This document shows positions 48,187-57,147 of a stretch of 64,000 bases of DNA, piece after piece. Made by a program: the position numbers and the translations under genes. Origin of the DNA: Acidaminococcaceae bacterium (GTDB lineage Bacteria; Bacillota; Negativicutes; Acidaminococcales; Acidaminococcaceae); contig JALCSJ010000001.1 of assembly GCA_022653215.1 (NCBI GenBank), positions 1,021 through 65,020 of the forward strand. Direction: 5' to 3'. Numbering within the stretch: the first letter of the stretch is position 1; each line of letters opens with the position of its first letter. The notes under the pieces were generated by a model. That model did no database searches. It worked only from the letters and a program-made list of their open reading frames with translations, and was not told where the DNA came from.

Positions 48187-48230
48187 AGAGGCTGTAACAT
48201 AATGATAAAAGTCATTTTGTTACAGCCTCT
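48187..48230. terminator. bidirectional terminator between MATE and tex (TAACATAATGA hairpin family, copy 3)
   Basis: AGAGGCTGTAACATAATGA / TCATTTTGTTACAGCCTCT, flanked by an A run upstream and a T run downstream. Confidence 0.75.
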
Positions 48231-48236
48231 TTTGTT

Positions 48237-50420
48237 TTATTGTTTTTTGGGTGCTTGGGCCTTCTTTAGACTTAAGCCAATCCGATTACGTTTCTCATCA
48301 ATGCTGATAATAATAGGCTCAATAATATCGCCTACTGATACTACATCCAGAGGATGCTTAAAATATTTATTGCTTAATTCCGATTTGTGAATAAGGCCGC
48401 TGACTTTCAGGCCAATATCCACAAACACACCGAAATCAACTACATTTTGCACTCTGCCTTTTACTTTGGTGCCAATGGTTAAATCAGACAACTTAGTTAC
48501 ATTTTTTCGGCTCAAAGGAGCAGGAGAATCTTCTCTGGGGTCTCTGCCCGGTTTGGCCAAGGCTTGAAGAATATCAGTTACAGTAGGCAGGCCTGCCTGC
48601 AGCTTATCTGCTAATTCTTTGGGATTGGCTTTGGCTGCGGCAATTTGCACAGCAGCGGTGCTTTGAGAGAATTGGGTCAAAGAAAAGCCTAATTCTTTTA
48701 AAATAGCTTCAGCCAAAGGATAACTTTCCGGATGGACGGAAGTATTGTCCAAAGGATTTGCACCATTTAAAATTCGCAGGAAACCGGCACACTGAGTGAA
48801 AGCAGCAGGCCCTAAACGAGATACTTTTAACAATTCTTTCCTGCTTTTAAAACAGCCTGTTTCTGTCCGATAAGTAATAATGTTTTTGGCTACAGGCTTG
48901 CTGATACCTGCTACATAGGTTAAAAGGGAAGCGGAAGCAGTGTTTAATTCCACGCCTACATGGTTAACACAGGATTCTACTACAGTACCCAGCGTTCCGG
49001 TAAGCTCTTTTTGATTAACGTCATGCTGGTATTGTCCGACACCGATGGCTTTAGGCTCAATTTTAACAAGTTCTGCCAGGGGATCCTGAACTCTGCGGGC
49101 AATAGAAACAGCTCCGCGCAAAGTCAGATCCAGATCAGGCATTTCTTCTCTGGCCAGTTTGGAAGCGGAGTACACAGAGGCACCTGCTTCACTGGTAATT
49201 ACATAGGACATATTCAATTTGTATTTTTCAATCATCTTGGCGGTAAATTCTTCTGTTTCATAAGAAGCAGTACCATTGCCAATGGAGGCTAACGTCACAT
49301 GATATTTAGTGACTAAGTCCACAAAAGTTTTTTCTGACAGTTCATACTGTCTTTCGCTGGTAGTTACATTGATGACAGCTGTTGCCAAAACGGTTCCCTG
49401 GGGATTAACTACAGCACATTTACAGCCGGTGCGGTAGCCCGGGTCCATACCAAGAACCGTATGACCGCCTAAAGGCTGTTGCAGAAGTAATTGTCTTAAA
49501 TTAACTGCAAAAACAGAAATGGCCTGTTTCTCGGCTTTTTCTGTTAATTCATTGCGGATTTCTCTTTCAATAGCAGGGAAAATTAACCGTTTATAGGAAT
49601 CTTCCAGAGCAGTTTTATACATTTCCGTAAAGGTGCCTACCGGTTTAATTCCTACTTTCCGTCCAATAATATTATATATAGCATCTCCGGGCAGAACTAA
49701 TTTTACCTTTAGCATATCCTTAGTTTCACCGCGGTTTAAAGCCAAAATACGATGGGGAGGGAGCTGTCTGATAGGTTCAGAATAATCTTTGTACATTAAG
49801 AAGTCTTGGCCTGTAGTTTCATCAGCAGTTAATTCACTGGCTAATTCTGCATTGCGCCACATTTCTTTTCTCACAAGATCTCTTATATCGGCGCGGTCAG
49901 AAAGATTTTCTGCTACTATATCCATAGCACCCTGCCAAGCTTCTTCTGTGGTTTTTACCTCTTTTTCTTCATTTAGGTAGTCTTGTGCTAATTCTTCCAG
50001 ACTAACTTTAGGTTCTTCTTGAGCCATAATAAATTGTGCTAAAGGTTCTAAACCTTTTTCCTTGGCAATAGTGGCTCTGGTACGTTTCTTTTGCTTGTAT
50101 GGAAGATATAAATCTTCAAGTTCTTGAAGCTTTGTGGTAGCATTTATAGCTGCGCTCAATTCCGGAGTAAGTTTTCCCTGACCGTCAATAGATGCCAGCA
50201 CTTCTGCCCGTCTTTGTGCTAAACTGCGCAAATATTGAGCTCTTTCGCTGACATTTCTTATTTGTTCTTCATCTAAAGAACCTGTTACTTCTTTTCTGTA
50301 ACGGGCTACAAAAGGAATAGTGTTGCCCTCGTCCAAAAGTGTCAGAGTAGCAGAAACTTTTCCTGCGGGTATCTGCAGTTCTTTAGCAATAATAGGGGAA
50401 ATAATATTAATGTCTTCCAT
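48237..50420 (-). CDS. tex: Tex-like RNA-binding transcription accessory protein (YqgF/HhH/S1 domains)
   Basis: Full-length Tex similarity with a C-terminal S1 domain (GTKVKGRVQNVVDFGVFVDIG). Start set at MEDINIISPI (50420). The 45-codon ORF-track extension runs through the fur promoter. Confidence 0.9.
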   Translation of the reverse strand: MEDINIISPIIAKELQIPAGKVSATLTLLDEGNTIPFVARYRKEVTGSLDEEQIRNVSERAQYLRSLAQRRAEVLASIDGQGKLTPELSAAINATTKLQELEDLYLPYKQKKRTRATIAKEKGLEPLAQFIMAQEEPKVSLEELAQDYLNEEKEVKTTEEAWQGAMDIVAENLSDRADIRDLVRKEMWRNAELASELTADETTGQDFLMYKDYSEPIRQLPPHRILALNRGETKDMLKVKLVLPGDAIYNIIGRKVGIKPVGTFTEMYKTALEDSYKRLIFPAIEREIRNELTEKAEKQAISVFAVNLRQLLLQQPLGGHTVLGMDPGYRTGCKCAVVNPQGTVLATAVINVTTSERQYELSEKTFVDLVTKYHVTLASIGNGTASYETEEFTAKMIEKYKLNMSYVITSEAGASVYSASKLAREEMPDLDLTLRGAVSIARRVQDPLAELVKIEPKAIGVGQYQHDVNQKELTGTLGTVVESCVNHVGVELNTASASLLTYVAGISKPVAKNIITYRTETGCFKSRKELLKVSRLGPAAFTQCAGFLRILNGANPLDNTSVHPESYPLAEAILKELGFSLTQFSQSTAAVQIAAAKANPKELADKLQAGLPTVTDILQALAKPGRDPREDSPAPLSRKNVTKLSDLTIGTKVKGRVQNVVDFGVFVDIGLKVSGLIHKSELSNKYFKHPLDVVSVGDIIEPIIISIDEKRNRIGLSLKKAQAPKKQ

Positions 50421-50518
50421 AAATTTGAACCTCTTTCTTAAAAATAAAGTTACATTGGCTATTATACTACCCTCGAGGGTTTTAAAGCAAGATTTTGTAT
50501 CCGGGCTAAAGTAGACTA

Positions 50519-50548
50519 TTGACATTAAGGATATTACAATAGTATAAT
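50519..50548 (+). promoter_or_regulatory. sigma70-type promoter of the fur-family gene
   Basis: TTGACA - 18 nt - TATAAT. Confidence 0.55.
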
Positions 50549-50550
50549 GT

Positions 50551-50570
50551 AACAAATAATTATTATTGTT
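50551..50570. promoter_or_regulatory. Fur-family 7-1-7-like operator
   Basis: AACAAATAATTATTATTGTT contains the perfect palindrome AATAAT-T-ATTATT (50555-50567), starting 3 nt after the -10. Confidence 0.5.
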
Positions 50571-50636
50571 TTCCGACGCTATGAGGCAAGAAATAATATT
50601 GTGAAAGTAGGCATGAAAGGTACGGAGGAAGAAATC

Positions 50637-51062
50637 ATGTATAATAATGTAGAGTTAGCGAAAATATTAAGAAGTAATGGCTGCAAAGTCACTCCTCAGC
50701 GGTTGGCTGTTTATGAAATGCTTTCCAACACTACGGAGCATCCCACAGCTGAGACAATTTACAAACAAGTGAAACCCTTGTATCCAACCATGAGTTTTGC
50801 TACGGTTTACAAGTCTCTGGAGATTTTAAGCAAACTAAATATTATCCAAGTGTTGAATACAGGAGAAGACAGCTATCGTTATGATGCCAACATTGAGGAA
50901 CATGCTCATATTGTTTGCACCAAATGCGGTAAGGTAGCAGATGTGAAACCTTTGCCCAGCAGAGAGATTGTTGATGCTGTAGAAGAGGACACAAAGTTCC
51001 AGGTTCAAGGCAAACAATTCTATTTTTATGGGATTTGCCCAGAGTGCCAGAAACTTCATTAA
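50637..51062 (+). CDS. Fur family transcriptional regulator (Fur/PerR/Zur type not resolved)
   Basis: Winged helix (KVTPQRLAVYEML), HAHIVCTKCGKV and CPEC zinc motifs. ATG 50637 follows GGAGGAAG. Confidence 0.88.
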   Translation: MYNNVELAKILRSNGCKVTPQRLAVYEMLSNTTEHPTAETIYKQVKPLYPTMSFATVYKSLEILSKLNIIQVLNTGEDSYRYDANIEEHAHIVCTKCGKVADVKPLPSREIVDAVEEDTKFQVQGKQFYFYGICPECQKLH

Positions 51063-51080
51063 GCTTAAAAAATTCAAATA

Positions 51081-51116
51081 AAAAACACTGAATTGTCAAA
51101 TCCAGTGTTTTTTTTC
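51081..51116 (+). terminator. rho-independent terminator after fur
   Basis: AAAAACACTG - 12 nt - CAGTGTTTTTTTT. Confidence 0.75.
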
Positions 51117-51169
51117 GTATAATTTAGTATTATAATATTTAGGAAACTACGATAATTAGGGGAGACGAG

Positions 51170-51823
51170 ATGACTATACAAAATTACATAGAACATACTT
51201 TATTAAAACCTGAAGCAACAGCCCAAGCAATTATCAACCTATGCAAGGAAGCACAAGAGGCGGAACTCTTTGCTGTTTGTGTTAATCCTTGTTATGTGGA
51301 ATTAGCCAAAGAAACTTTAAAAAATTCTTTTGTTAAAGTTGTAACTGTGGTGGGTTTTCCTTTGGGTGCTACTTTTTCCCGTATCAAAGCTTTAGAAGCA
51401 GAACTGGCGATTAAGGACGGTGCTGATGAAATCGATATGGTAATGAATATCGGTGCTTTGAAAAGCGGCGCATATCATGCTGTAATAGAAGATATCAAAA
51501 AAGTTGTAGAAGCAGCTGATAAACATCCTGTTAAGGTAATTATTGAAACCTGCCTTTTAACAGATGAAGAAAAAATTCAAGCTGTGAGCCTTATTGCCAG
51601 GGGAGGCGCTCAATTCGTTAAAACCAGTACAGGTTTTAATAAAGCAGGTGCAACTGTAGCAGATGTAAAACTGCTAAGAAAAGAAGCTGACAAATATGGA
51701 CTTGGGGTTAAGGCCGCCGGCGGAATCAGAGATGCAGCTACTGCCAAAGCTATGCTGGCAGCAGGAGCAGATAGGCTGGGGACCAGCGCCGGCAAAGCGC
51801 TTGCCGAGGCTTACCATGACTAA
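51170..51823 (+). CDS. deoC: deoxyribose-phosphate aldolase
   Basis: IEHTLLKPEAT, the Schiff-base lysine context FVKTSTGF, and KAAGGIR. Confidence 0.93.
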   Translation: MTIQNYIEHTLLKPEATAQAIINLCKEAQEAELFAVCVNPCYVELAKETLKNSFVKVVTVVGFPLGATFSRIKALEAELAIKDGADEIDMVMNIGALKSGAYHAVIEDIKKVVEAADKHPVKVIIETCLLTDEEKIQAVSLIARGGAQFVKTSTGFNKAGATVADVKLLRKEADKYGLGVKAAGGIRDAATAKAMLAAGADRLGTSAGKALAEAYHD

Positions 51824-52598
51824 TAATTTTGAAGTAGATGTTTTAGCAAGTGGCAGTAAGGGAAATTCTACTCTTATTAGAGCAGGAAATACGGCTATTT
51901 TAATAGATGCGGGTATTTCTTGCCGTAGAATCATGAAAGGGTTACAATCCTGTGGGTTGGAACCTCAGGATTTGAGCGGCATTCTTATTACTCATGAACA
52001 TACAGACCATGTGATGGGGCTTGCAGTTTTGTGCAAAAATATTCCTCATGTGCCCATTTTTGCTAATGAAAAAACCTGGGGACGTTTGGCCGTTAGACGC
52101 AGCCTTTCTAATGAACAAAGAAGAGTTTTCCCCCGGGGTTGTGTTTTGGGAAATATTAGAGTGGAATCTTTTAAGGTTCCCCATGATGCAGCAGATACAG
52201 TTGGTTATAAGCTCTTTTATAAGAACGATAAATGTACTTATCTGACTGATTGCGGGTATATAACTAAAGAATGTGAACAGGCAGTGGAAGGCAGCAACAC
52301 CTTGATTTTAGAAGCTAATCACGATGAAACTCTATTGCGGAACGGACCTTACCCAAAATCCTTGCAGGAGAGAATTGCCGGACACTGGGGGCATTTATCC
52401 AATGCTACGGCAGGAAAGTTCCTTACGGAATTAGCTAACAGACCGGAAGAAGTAATTCTTGCTCATTTAAGCGAGCAAAACAACACAGAAGCAATTGCTT
52501 TTAATACAGTTCATGAAATCTTGGCAAATGCCAACGAAGCTAAAAATATTAGAATTTATGTTGCCCATCAACGGCAATTAGTAAGCAATAGGGAATAG
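51816..52598 (+). CDS. MBL-fold metallo-hydrolase (YycJ/WalJ-like)
   Basis: HEHTDH motif. Starts MTNNFEVDVLASGSKGNS at ATG 51816, overlapping the deoC stop. The ORF-track extension lies inside deoC. Confidence 0.85.
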   Translation: MTNNFEVDVLASGSKGNSTLIRAGNTAILIDAGISCRRIMKGLQSCGLEPQDLSGILITHEHTDHVMGLAVLCKNIPHVPIFANEKTWGRLAVRRSLSNEQRRVFPRGCVLGNIRVESFKVPHDAADTVGYKLFYKNDKCTYLTDCGYITKECEQAVEGSNTLILEANHDETLLRNGPYPKSLQERIAGHWGHLSNATAGKFLTELANRPEEVILAHLSEQNNTEAIAFNTVHEILANANEAKNIRIYVAHQRQLVSNRE

Positions 52599-52609
52599 GA
52601 GAGAAGAAT

Positions 52610-53734
52610 ATGACTAAGAAAATTTTCACAAAAACAATTACGGTGCTTTGCTCGATTTTAATGACGATGGCATTTTTGACCAGCGGCTGTTCTGTGGCTA
52701 GCAAAAAGGATAAGCCTGCTGCTGCCACTGAAGAGAAAAAGCCTATTACGGTAGAAGAAAGAGCCAAAAAAACAGAGGCTAATATGAGCACAGGCAGAAA
52801 TACTGCTATTGTTCAAGCAGCTAAAAAAGTCGGCCCGGCCGTAGTTGGTATTACTAATAAAGCTTTGGTAACGGATTTCTTCAATCGTACTCAGATGATG
52901 GAACGGGGTACAGGGTCCGGAGTTATTTATGACAAAAGCGGTCTTATTGCTACCAACAATCACGTAGTGGCAGGAGCTCAGGAAATTGTGGTAAGCCTTC
53001 CTAATGGGAAAACTTATCCCGGCAAGGTTCTGGGAACAGATGCCACAACGGATTTAGCTGTAGTAAAGATTGATGCGAAAGAACCTCTGACTGTAGCTGA
53101 ATTTGGCAATTCAGATGATATTATGGTAGGAGAACCTGCCATTGCTATTGGTAACCCTCTTGGGTTGGAATTCCGCGGAACCGTAACAGCAGGTGTTATC
53201 AGTGCTTTGAATCGTTCTATTAATTTGGGAGAACGTAAATTCAAATTAATTCAAACTGACGCCGCTATTAATCCCGGTAATTCCGGTGGTGCTTTAGTGA
53301 ATGCTGATGGCCAAGTTATAGGCATCAATAGTGCTAAGGTAGCAGTATCCGGAGTAGAGGGTATTGGGTTCGCCATCCCTATTAACGAAGCTAAGCCCAT
53401 ACTAAAAGAATTGGCCAACAAAGGCAAAGTAGCAAGACCTTTTATAGGTGCCAGTTTAATTGATAAAGATGTGGCTGAAAAATATGGCATAAACATTGAT
53501 TTACGGGGCGGTATTTTTGTAGCTAAGCTTTATCAGGGAGGACCTGCTTGGAAAGGTGGGGTTCGTCCTAATGATATTATTACTAAATACAATGGCAAGA
53601 AAGTCGGCAATGTTTCTGATTTACGGGACATGATTAACAGCAGCGGCATTGGCACCAGTGTTACGATTACTGTTTTACGGGGCGATGAAGAAGTTGACCT
53701 GAAAGTTGTTTTAGGTGAAATGCCTAAACAATAA
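52610..53734 (+). CDS. htrA: HtrA/DegP-family serine protease with a PDZ domain
   Basis: Catalytic triad contexts TNNHVV, DLAVVKI and GNSGGAL. C-terminal PDZ and an N-terminal anchor. Confidence 0.92.
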   Translation: MTKKIFTKTITVLCSILMTMAFLTSGCSVASKKDKPAAATEEKKPITVEERAKKTEANMSTGRNTAIVQAAKKVGPAVVGITNKALVTDFFNRTQMMERGTGSGVIYDKSGLIATNNHVVAGAQEIVVSLPNGKTYPGKVLGTDATTDLAVVKIDAKEPLTVAEFGNSDDIMVGEPAIAIGNPLGLEFRGTVTAGVISALNRSINLGERKFKLIQTDAAINPGNSGGALVNADGQVIGINSAKVAVSGVEGIGFAIPINEAKPILKELANKGKVARPFIGASLIDKDVAEKYGINIDLRGGIFVAKLYQGGPAWKGGVRPNDIITKYNGKKVGNVSDLRDMINSSGIGTSVTITVLRGDEEVDLKVVLGEMPKQ

Positions 53735-54213
53735 TGCAGATAACCATTGCTTGCGTAGGTAAGCTCAAAGAAAAATATTTAACGGCAGCTGTAGAGGAGT
53801 TTGTCAAAAGACTTACTCCTTTCTGCCGGGTTAACATTAAAAGTATTAATGAAGAAAAAATGCCGGATAATCCTTCTGAAGCAACCAAGCAGCAAGTGCT
53901 GGAGAAGGAAACCAAAAGGCTGCTTGCTATTATTCCTGCTAATTCCTATGTGATTGCCTTGGATGTTGCAGGGAAGATGATTAGTTCTCCTGAACTGTCT
54001 GAAAAGATCAGTAAACTGGCATTAGAAGGCAAAAGTCATATTACCTTTGTTATTGGCGGCGCTTTTGGCTACACAGACGAATTGCGCAAGAGAGCAGATT
54101 TTCTCTGGTCTTTTTCGGCCTTAACCTTTACTCATCAGATGATTCGGGTATTGCTTTTAGAACAAATTTATCGGGCCTTCAAAATTATGCGGCATGAAAA
54201 GTATCACCATTGA
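53734..54213 (+). CDS. rlmH: 23S rRNA (pseudouridine1915-N3)-methyltransferase
   Basis: 159-aa SPOUT fold (FVIGGAFG, MRHEKYH). TAATG overlap with htrA. Same order as B. subtilis yycJ-yycK-yydA. Confidence 0.92.
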   Translation: MQITIACVGKLKEKYLTAAVEEFVKRLTPFCRVNIKSINEEKMPDNPSEATKQQVLEKETKRLLAIIPANSYVIALDVAGKMISSPELSEKISKLALEGKSHITFVIGGAFGYTDELRKRADFLWSFSALTFTHQMIRVLLLEQIYRAFKIMRHEKYHH

Positions 54214-54226
54214 AAGCAGGAAGCTT

Positions 54227-55042
54227 ATGACATTAAGACGGGTTGATTTACATTTACATACAGTGGCTTCGGATGGTACATGGACACCGGAAGAAGCAGT
54301 AGAAGCAGCACAAAAAGCCGGACTGGGCATTATGGCCATTACTGATCATGACAGCGTGAAAAGCGTGGCTGCAGCCCAAAAGGCAGCACAGGCTGCAGGC
54401 ATAGCTTTCCATACGGGAACAGAAATTTGCAGTACTTATGAAAACCATTGTTTTCATATTCTGGGTTATGACATTGATATTGCTAATAAAGCGCTTTTAG
54501 AGCATTTGGCATATAACGAATATCTTTTATTAAAAAAAGATGAGGACAGCATTATGCTTTTGCAGGAGGAAGGCTGGCCGGTATCTTTAGAGGAATACAG
54601 GGCTTATCAATATGATAAAAAAAGAGGTGGTTTTAAATCACTGATTTATCTGGTAGACAAAGGATTATGCAAAGATGTTAAAGATTTTTTTGCCAGAATT
54701 TTTACCAAAGACAAGGGCTTGGAATTTCCGATTTTCCCCAGTATTGAAGATACAATTAATATTATTCACACCGCAGGGGGAAAAGCTTTCCTGGCTCACA
54801 GTGCCAGTGATTTTCACGGACCGGGGCTGGATGCCACCTTACATGCTTTAGGCAATAAACCCTTTGACGGGTTTGAATGTTATCATACTGGACATAGCTT
54901 GGAAGATACAGCGACTTTAGTGAGATATTGTCATGAGCATCACAAGTTAATAAGCGGAGGCAGCGACTGCCACGGAAAATTTGTAGATGGTAGAATTATC
55001 GGAAAACCGGTAATTTACGAAAATGAGATAAGGATGGGATAA
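54227..55042 (+). CDS. PHP domain phosphoesterase
   Basis: VDLHLHTVASDGT, ITDHD and GGSDCHG motifs. ATG 54227 preferred. ATG 54194 would overlap rlmH. Confidence 0.8.
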   Translation: MTLRRVDLHLHTVASDGTWTPEEAVEAAQKAGLGIMAITDHDSVKSVAAAQKAAQAAGIAFHTGTEICSTYENHCFHILGYDIDIANKALLEHLAYNEYLLLKKDEDSIMLLQEEGWPVSLEEYRAYQYDKKRGGFKSLIYLVDKGLCKDVKDFFARIFTKDKGLEFPIFPSIEDTINIIHTAGGKAFLAHSASDFHGPGLDATLHALGNKPFDGFECYHTGHSLEDTATLVRYCHEHHKLISGGSDCHGKFVDGRIIGKPVIYENEIRMG

Positions 55043-55043
55043 A

Positions 55044-56168
55044 ATGAAAAAAGCAAAAGTATATTTTACGGATTTTCGCACTCCTTACGGAGGACCGAAC
55101 ATGCTGGAGAAATTACGGGCTTTGTGCATTAAGGCCGGCATGAAAAAAATTGATTTTAAAAACAAGTTTGTTGCTATTAAATTGCATTTCGGCGAACCGG
55201 GTAATCTGGCATATCTTCGTCCCAACTATGCTAAAGTTGTAGCTGATTTAGTTAAGGAATTAGGTGGAAGACCTTTCCTTACTGACTGCAATACTTTGTA
55301 TGTAGGCAGAAGAAAACAAGCTTTGGAACATATGGACAGTGCCTATGAAAATGGTTTTAATCCTTTTGCTACAGGTTGTCATGTGATTATTGCCGATGGC
55401 TTGAAAGGTACTGATGAAGAATATGTTCCCGTTCCCAACGGAGAATATGTCAAAGAGGCAAAAATCGGCAAAGCTCTCATGGATGCCGATATTGTTATTT
55501 CTCTTACTCACTTTAAAGGTCATGAATCAACAGGCTTTGGGGGCGCTTTGAAAAACCTGGGTATGGGCGGCGGTTCCAGAGCAGGAAAAATGGAAATGCA
55601 TAATGATGGCAAACCTCATGTTAACCACAAAAAATGCATTGGCTGCGGTGCTTGTGTAAAGATTTGTGCTCACGGTGGACCGACTATTAAAAACAAGAAG
55701 TCTACCATTGATGAAAACAAATGCGTAGGCTGCGGTCGCTGCATAGGAGCTTGCCCTGTGGATGCAGTTGAAGTCGACTATGATTCCACTGTGAAAAAAT
55801 TAGACTGCAAAATCGCCGAATATGCCTGGGCTGTTATTCATGACAGACCGAGCTTTCATATCAGCTTAATTGTGGATGTTTCTCCTAACTGTGATTGTCA
55901 CAGCGAAAATGATGCGCCCATTGTGGCAGATATTGGCATGCTGGCATCTACAGATCCGGTAGCATTGGATCAGGCTTGCGCTGATTTAGTTAATGCTGCG
56001 CCACCTATCAGGAATTCTCAATTAGGAGAAAACCTGGCTAAAGACCCTGAAGGATGCAAAGGCCATGATAATTTCCATAACTCCACACCGGAATCCGGCT
56101 GGGAAGATTGTCTGGAACATGGTGAAAAAATCGGCATGGGAACCAGACAGTATGAATTAGTAAAATAA
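55044..56168 (+). CDS. DUF362 domain protein with a 2x[4Fe-4S] ferredoxin insert
   Basis: DUF362-type N-terminus (AIKLHFGEPGN, FLTDCNTLY) and two CxxCxxCxxxC(P) motifs (CIGCGACVKICAHG, CVGCGRCIGACP). Confidence 0.8.
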   Translation: MKKAKVYFTDFRTPYGGPNMLEKLRALCIKAGMKKIDFKNKFVAIKLHFGEPGNLAYLRPNYAKVVADLVKELGGRPFLTDCNTLYVGRRKQALEHMDSAYENGFNPFATGCHVIIADGLKGTDEEYVPVPNGEYVKEAKIGKALMDADIVISLTHFKGHESTGFGGALKNLGMGGGSRAGKMEMHNDGKPHVNHKKCIGCGACVKICAHGGPTIKNKKSTIDENKCVGCGRCIGACPVDAVEVDYDSTVKKLDCKIAEYAWAVIHDRPSFHISLIVDVSPNCDCHSENDAPIVADIGMLASTDPVALDQACADLVNAAPPIRNSQLGENLAKDPEGCKGHDNFHNSTPESGWEDCLEHGEKIGMGTRQYELVK

Positions 56169-56222
56169 AAGAAATTTGGGAAGATAAGGACTGACAGAAC
56201 AGTTCTTTTTGGAGGCAGAATA

Positions 56223-57137
56223 GTGCTTAACTTTTTACGTAGTGAAGGAATAGATGAAAAATTAATAAAGGGTATTGAGGAATTCAGGAAAGAGTATCCC
56301 TTGGATTCCGAAGATGAAGTCCGTTTGGTTAAACCAAGATACCACTTCTATGGTAAAGAGGTTTGGAACGAGGCTTTAAGCGCTTTACTCTGCGGAGAAA
56401 ACATTCTGCTGGTTGGCTCAAAAGCAACAGGGAAAAATGTGCTGGCAGAAAATTTGGCAGCAACTTTTTCTCGTCCCAATTGGAATGTGTCTTTCCATAT
56501 TAATATGGATGCGTCTTTTATGTTAGGGGCAGACACCTTTTCCAATGGTAAAGTTGTTTTTAGACCGGGTCCTATTTATCAATGTGCTGTACGAGGCGGT
56601 TTTGGCATATTAGATGAAATAAATATGGCGAGAAACGAAGCATTGGCTGTACTACATTCCTTATTGGATTATAGACGTATCATGGATATCCCCGGTTATG
56701 ACATTATTAAATTGAATCCGGCCACAAGATTTATTGCAACTATGAACTATGGTTATGCCGGCACTAAAGAACTGAATGAAGCTCTGACTTCCCGCTTTGC
56801 TGTTATTAAATTGCCCTTTATTAGTACGGAAAATTTAAAGAAGCTTTTAATGGCGGAATTTCCCACCATGCGTTCTGAAGCAGTAGAACAATTTTCCGGC
56901 ATTTTCTTGGATTTACAGAAAAAATGCGAAGAAGCAGAAATTTCCAGCAAAGCAGTAGACTTAAGAGGACTTCTTGATTCCATCAGGCTGATGCATATGG
57001 GCTTGGATCCACATCTGGCCATGGAAATGGGTATTACCAATAAATCTTTTGATGAATATGAACCTGCTTTGATTAATGATGTTATCGGGTTGCACATTCC
57101 TCAAGAATTTGGCAGAAAAGATATTTTTACAGATTGA
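56223..57137 (+). CDS. MoxR/CbbQ/NorQ-type AAA+ ATPase (AAA_5)
   Basis: P-loop GSKATGKN, Walker B FGILDEINMA, sensor ATMN. GTG start after GGAGG. Confidence 0.8.
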   Translation: MLNFLRSEGIDEKLIKGIEEFRKEYPLDSEDEVRLVKPRYHFYGKEVWNEALSALLCGENILLVGSKATGKNVLAENLAATFSRPNWNVSFHINMDASFMLGADTFSNGKVVFRPGPIYQCAVRGGFGILDEINMARNEALAVLHSLLDYRRIMDIPGYDIIKLNPATRFIATMNYGYAGTKELNEALTSRFAVIKLPFISTENLKKLLMAEFPTMRSEAVEQFSGIFLDLQKKCEEAEISSKAVDLRGLLDSIRLMHMGLDPHLAMEMGITNKSFDEYEPALINDVIGLHIPQEFGRKDIFTD

Positions 57138-57147
57138 GTGATTAATT

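Noticed and set aside
50421-50555. N-terminal extensions proposed by the ORF track (tex to 50555, MBL from 51696, transporter from 25262, larE from 19085, regulator from 8896, trpA from 34875, dipeptidase from 26670, fur from 50601)
   Set aside because: The extensions overlap upstream genes or promoters and lack an RBS. In each case an internal ATG preceded by a GGAGG-like site coincides with the start of family similarity.
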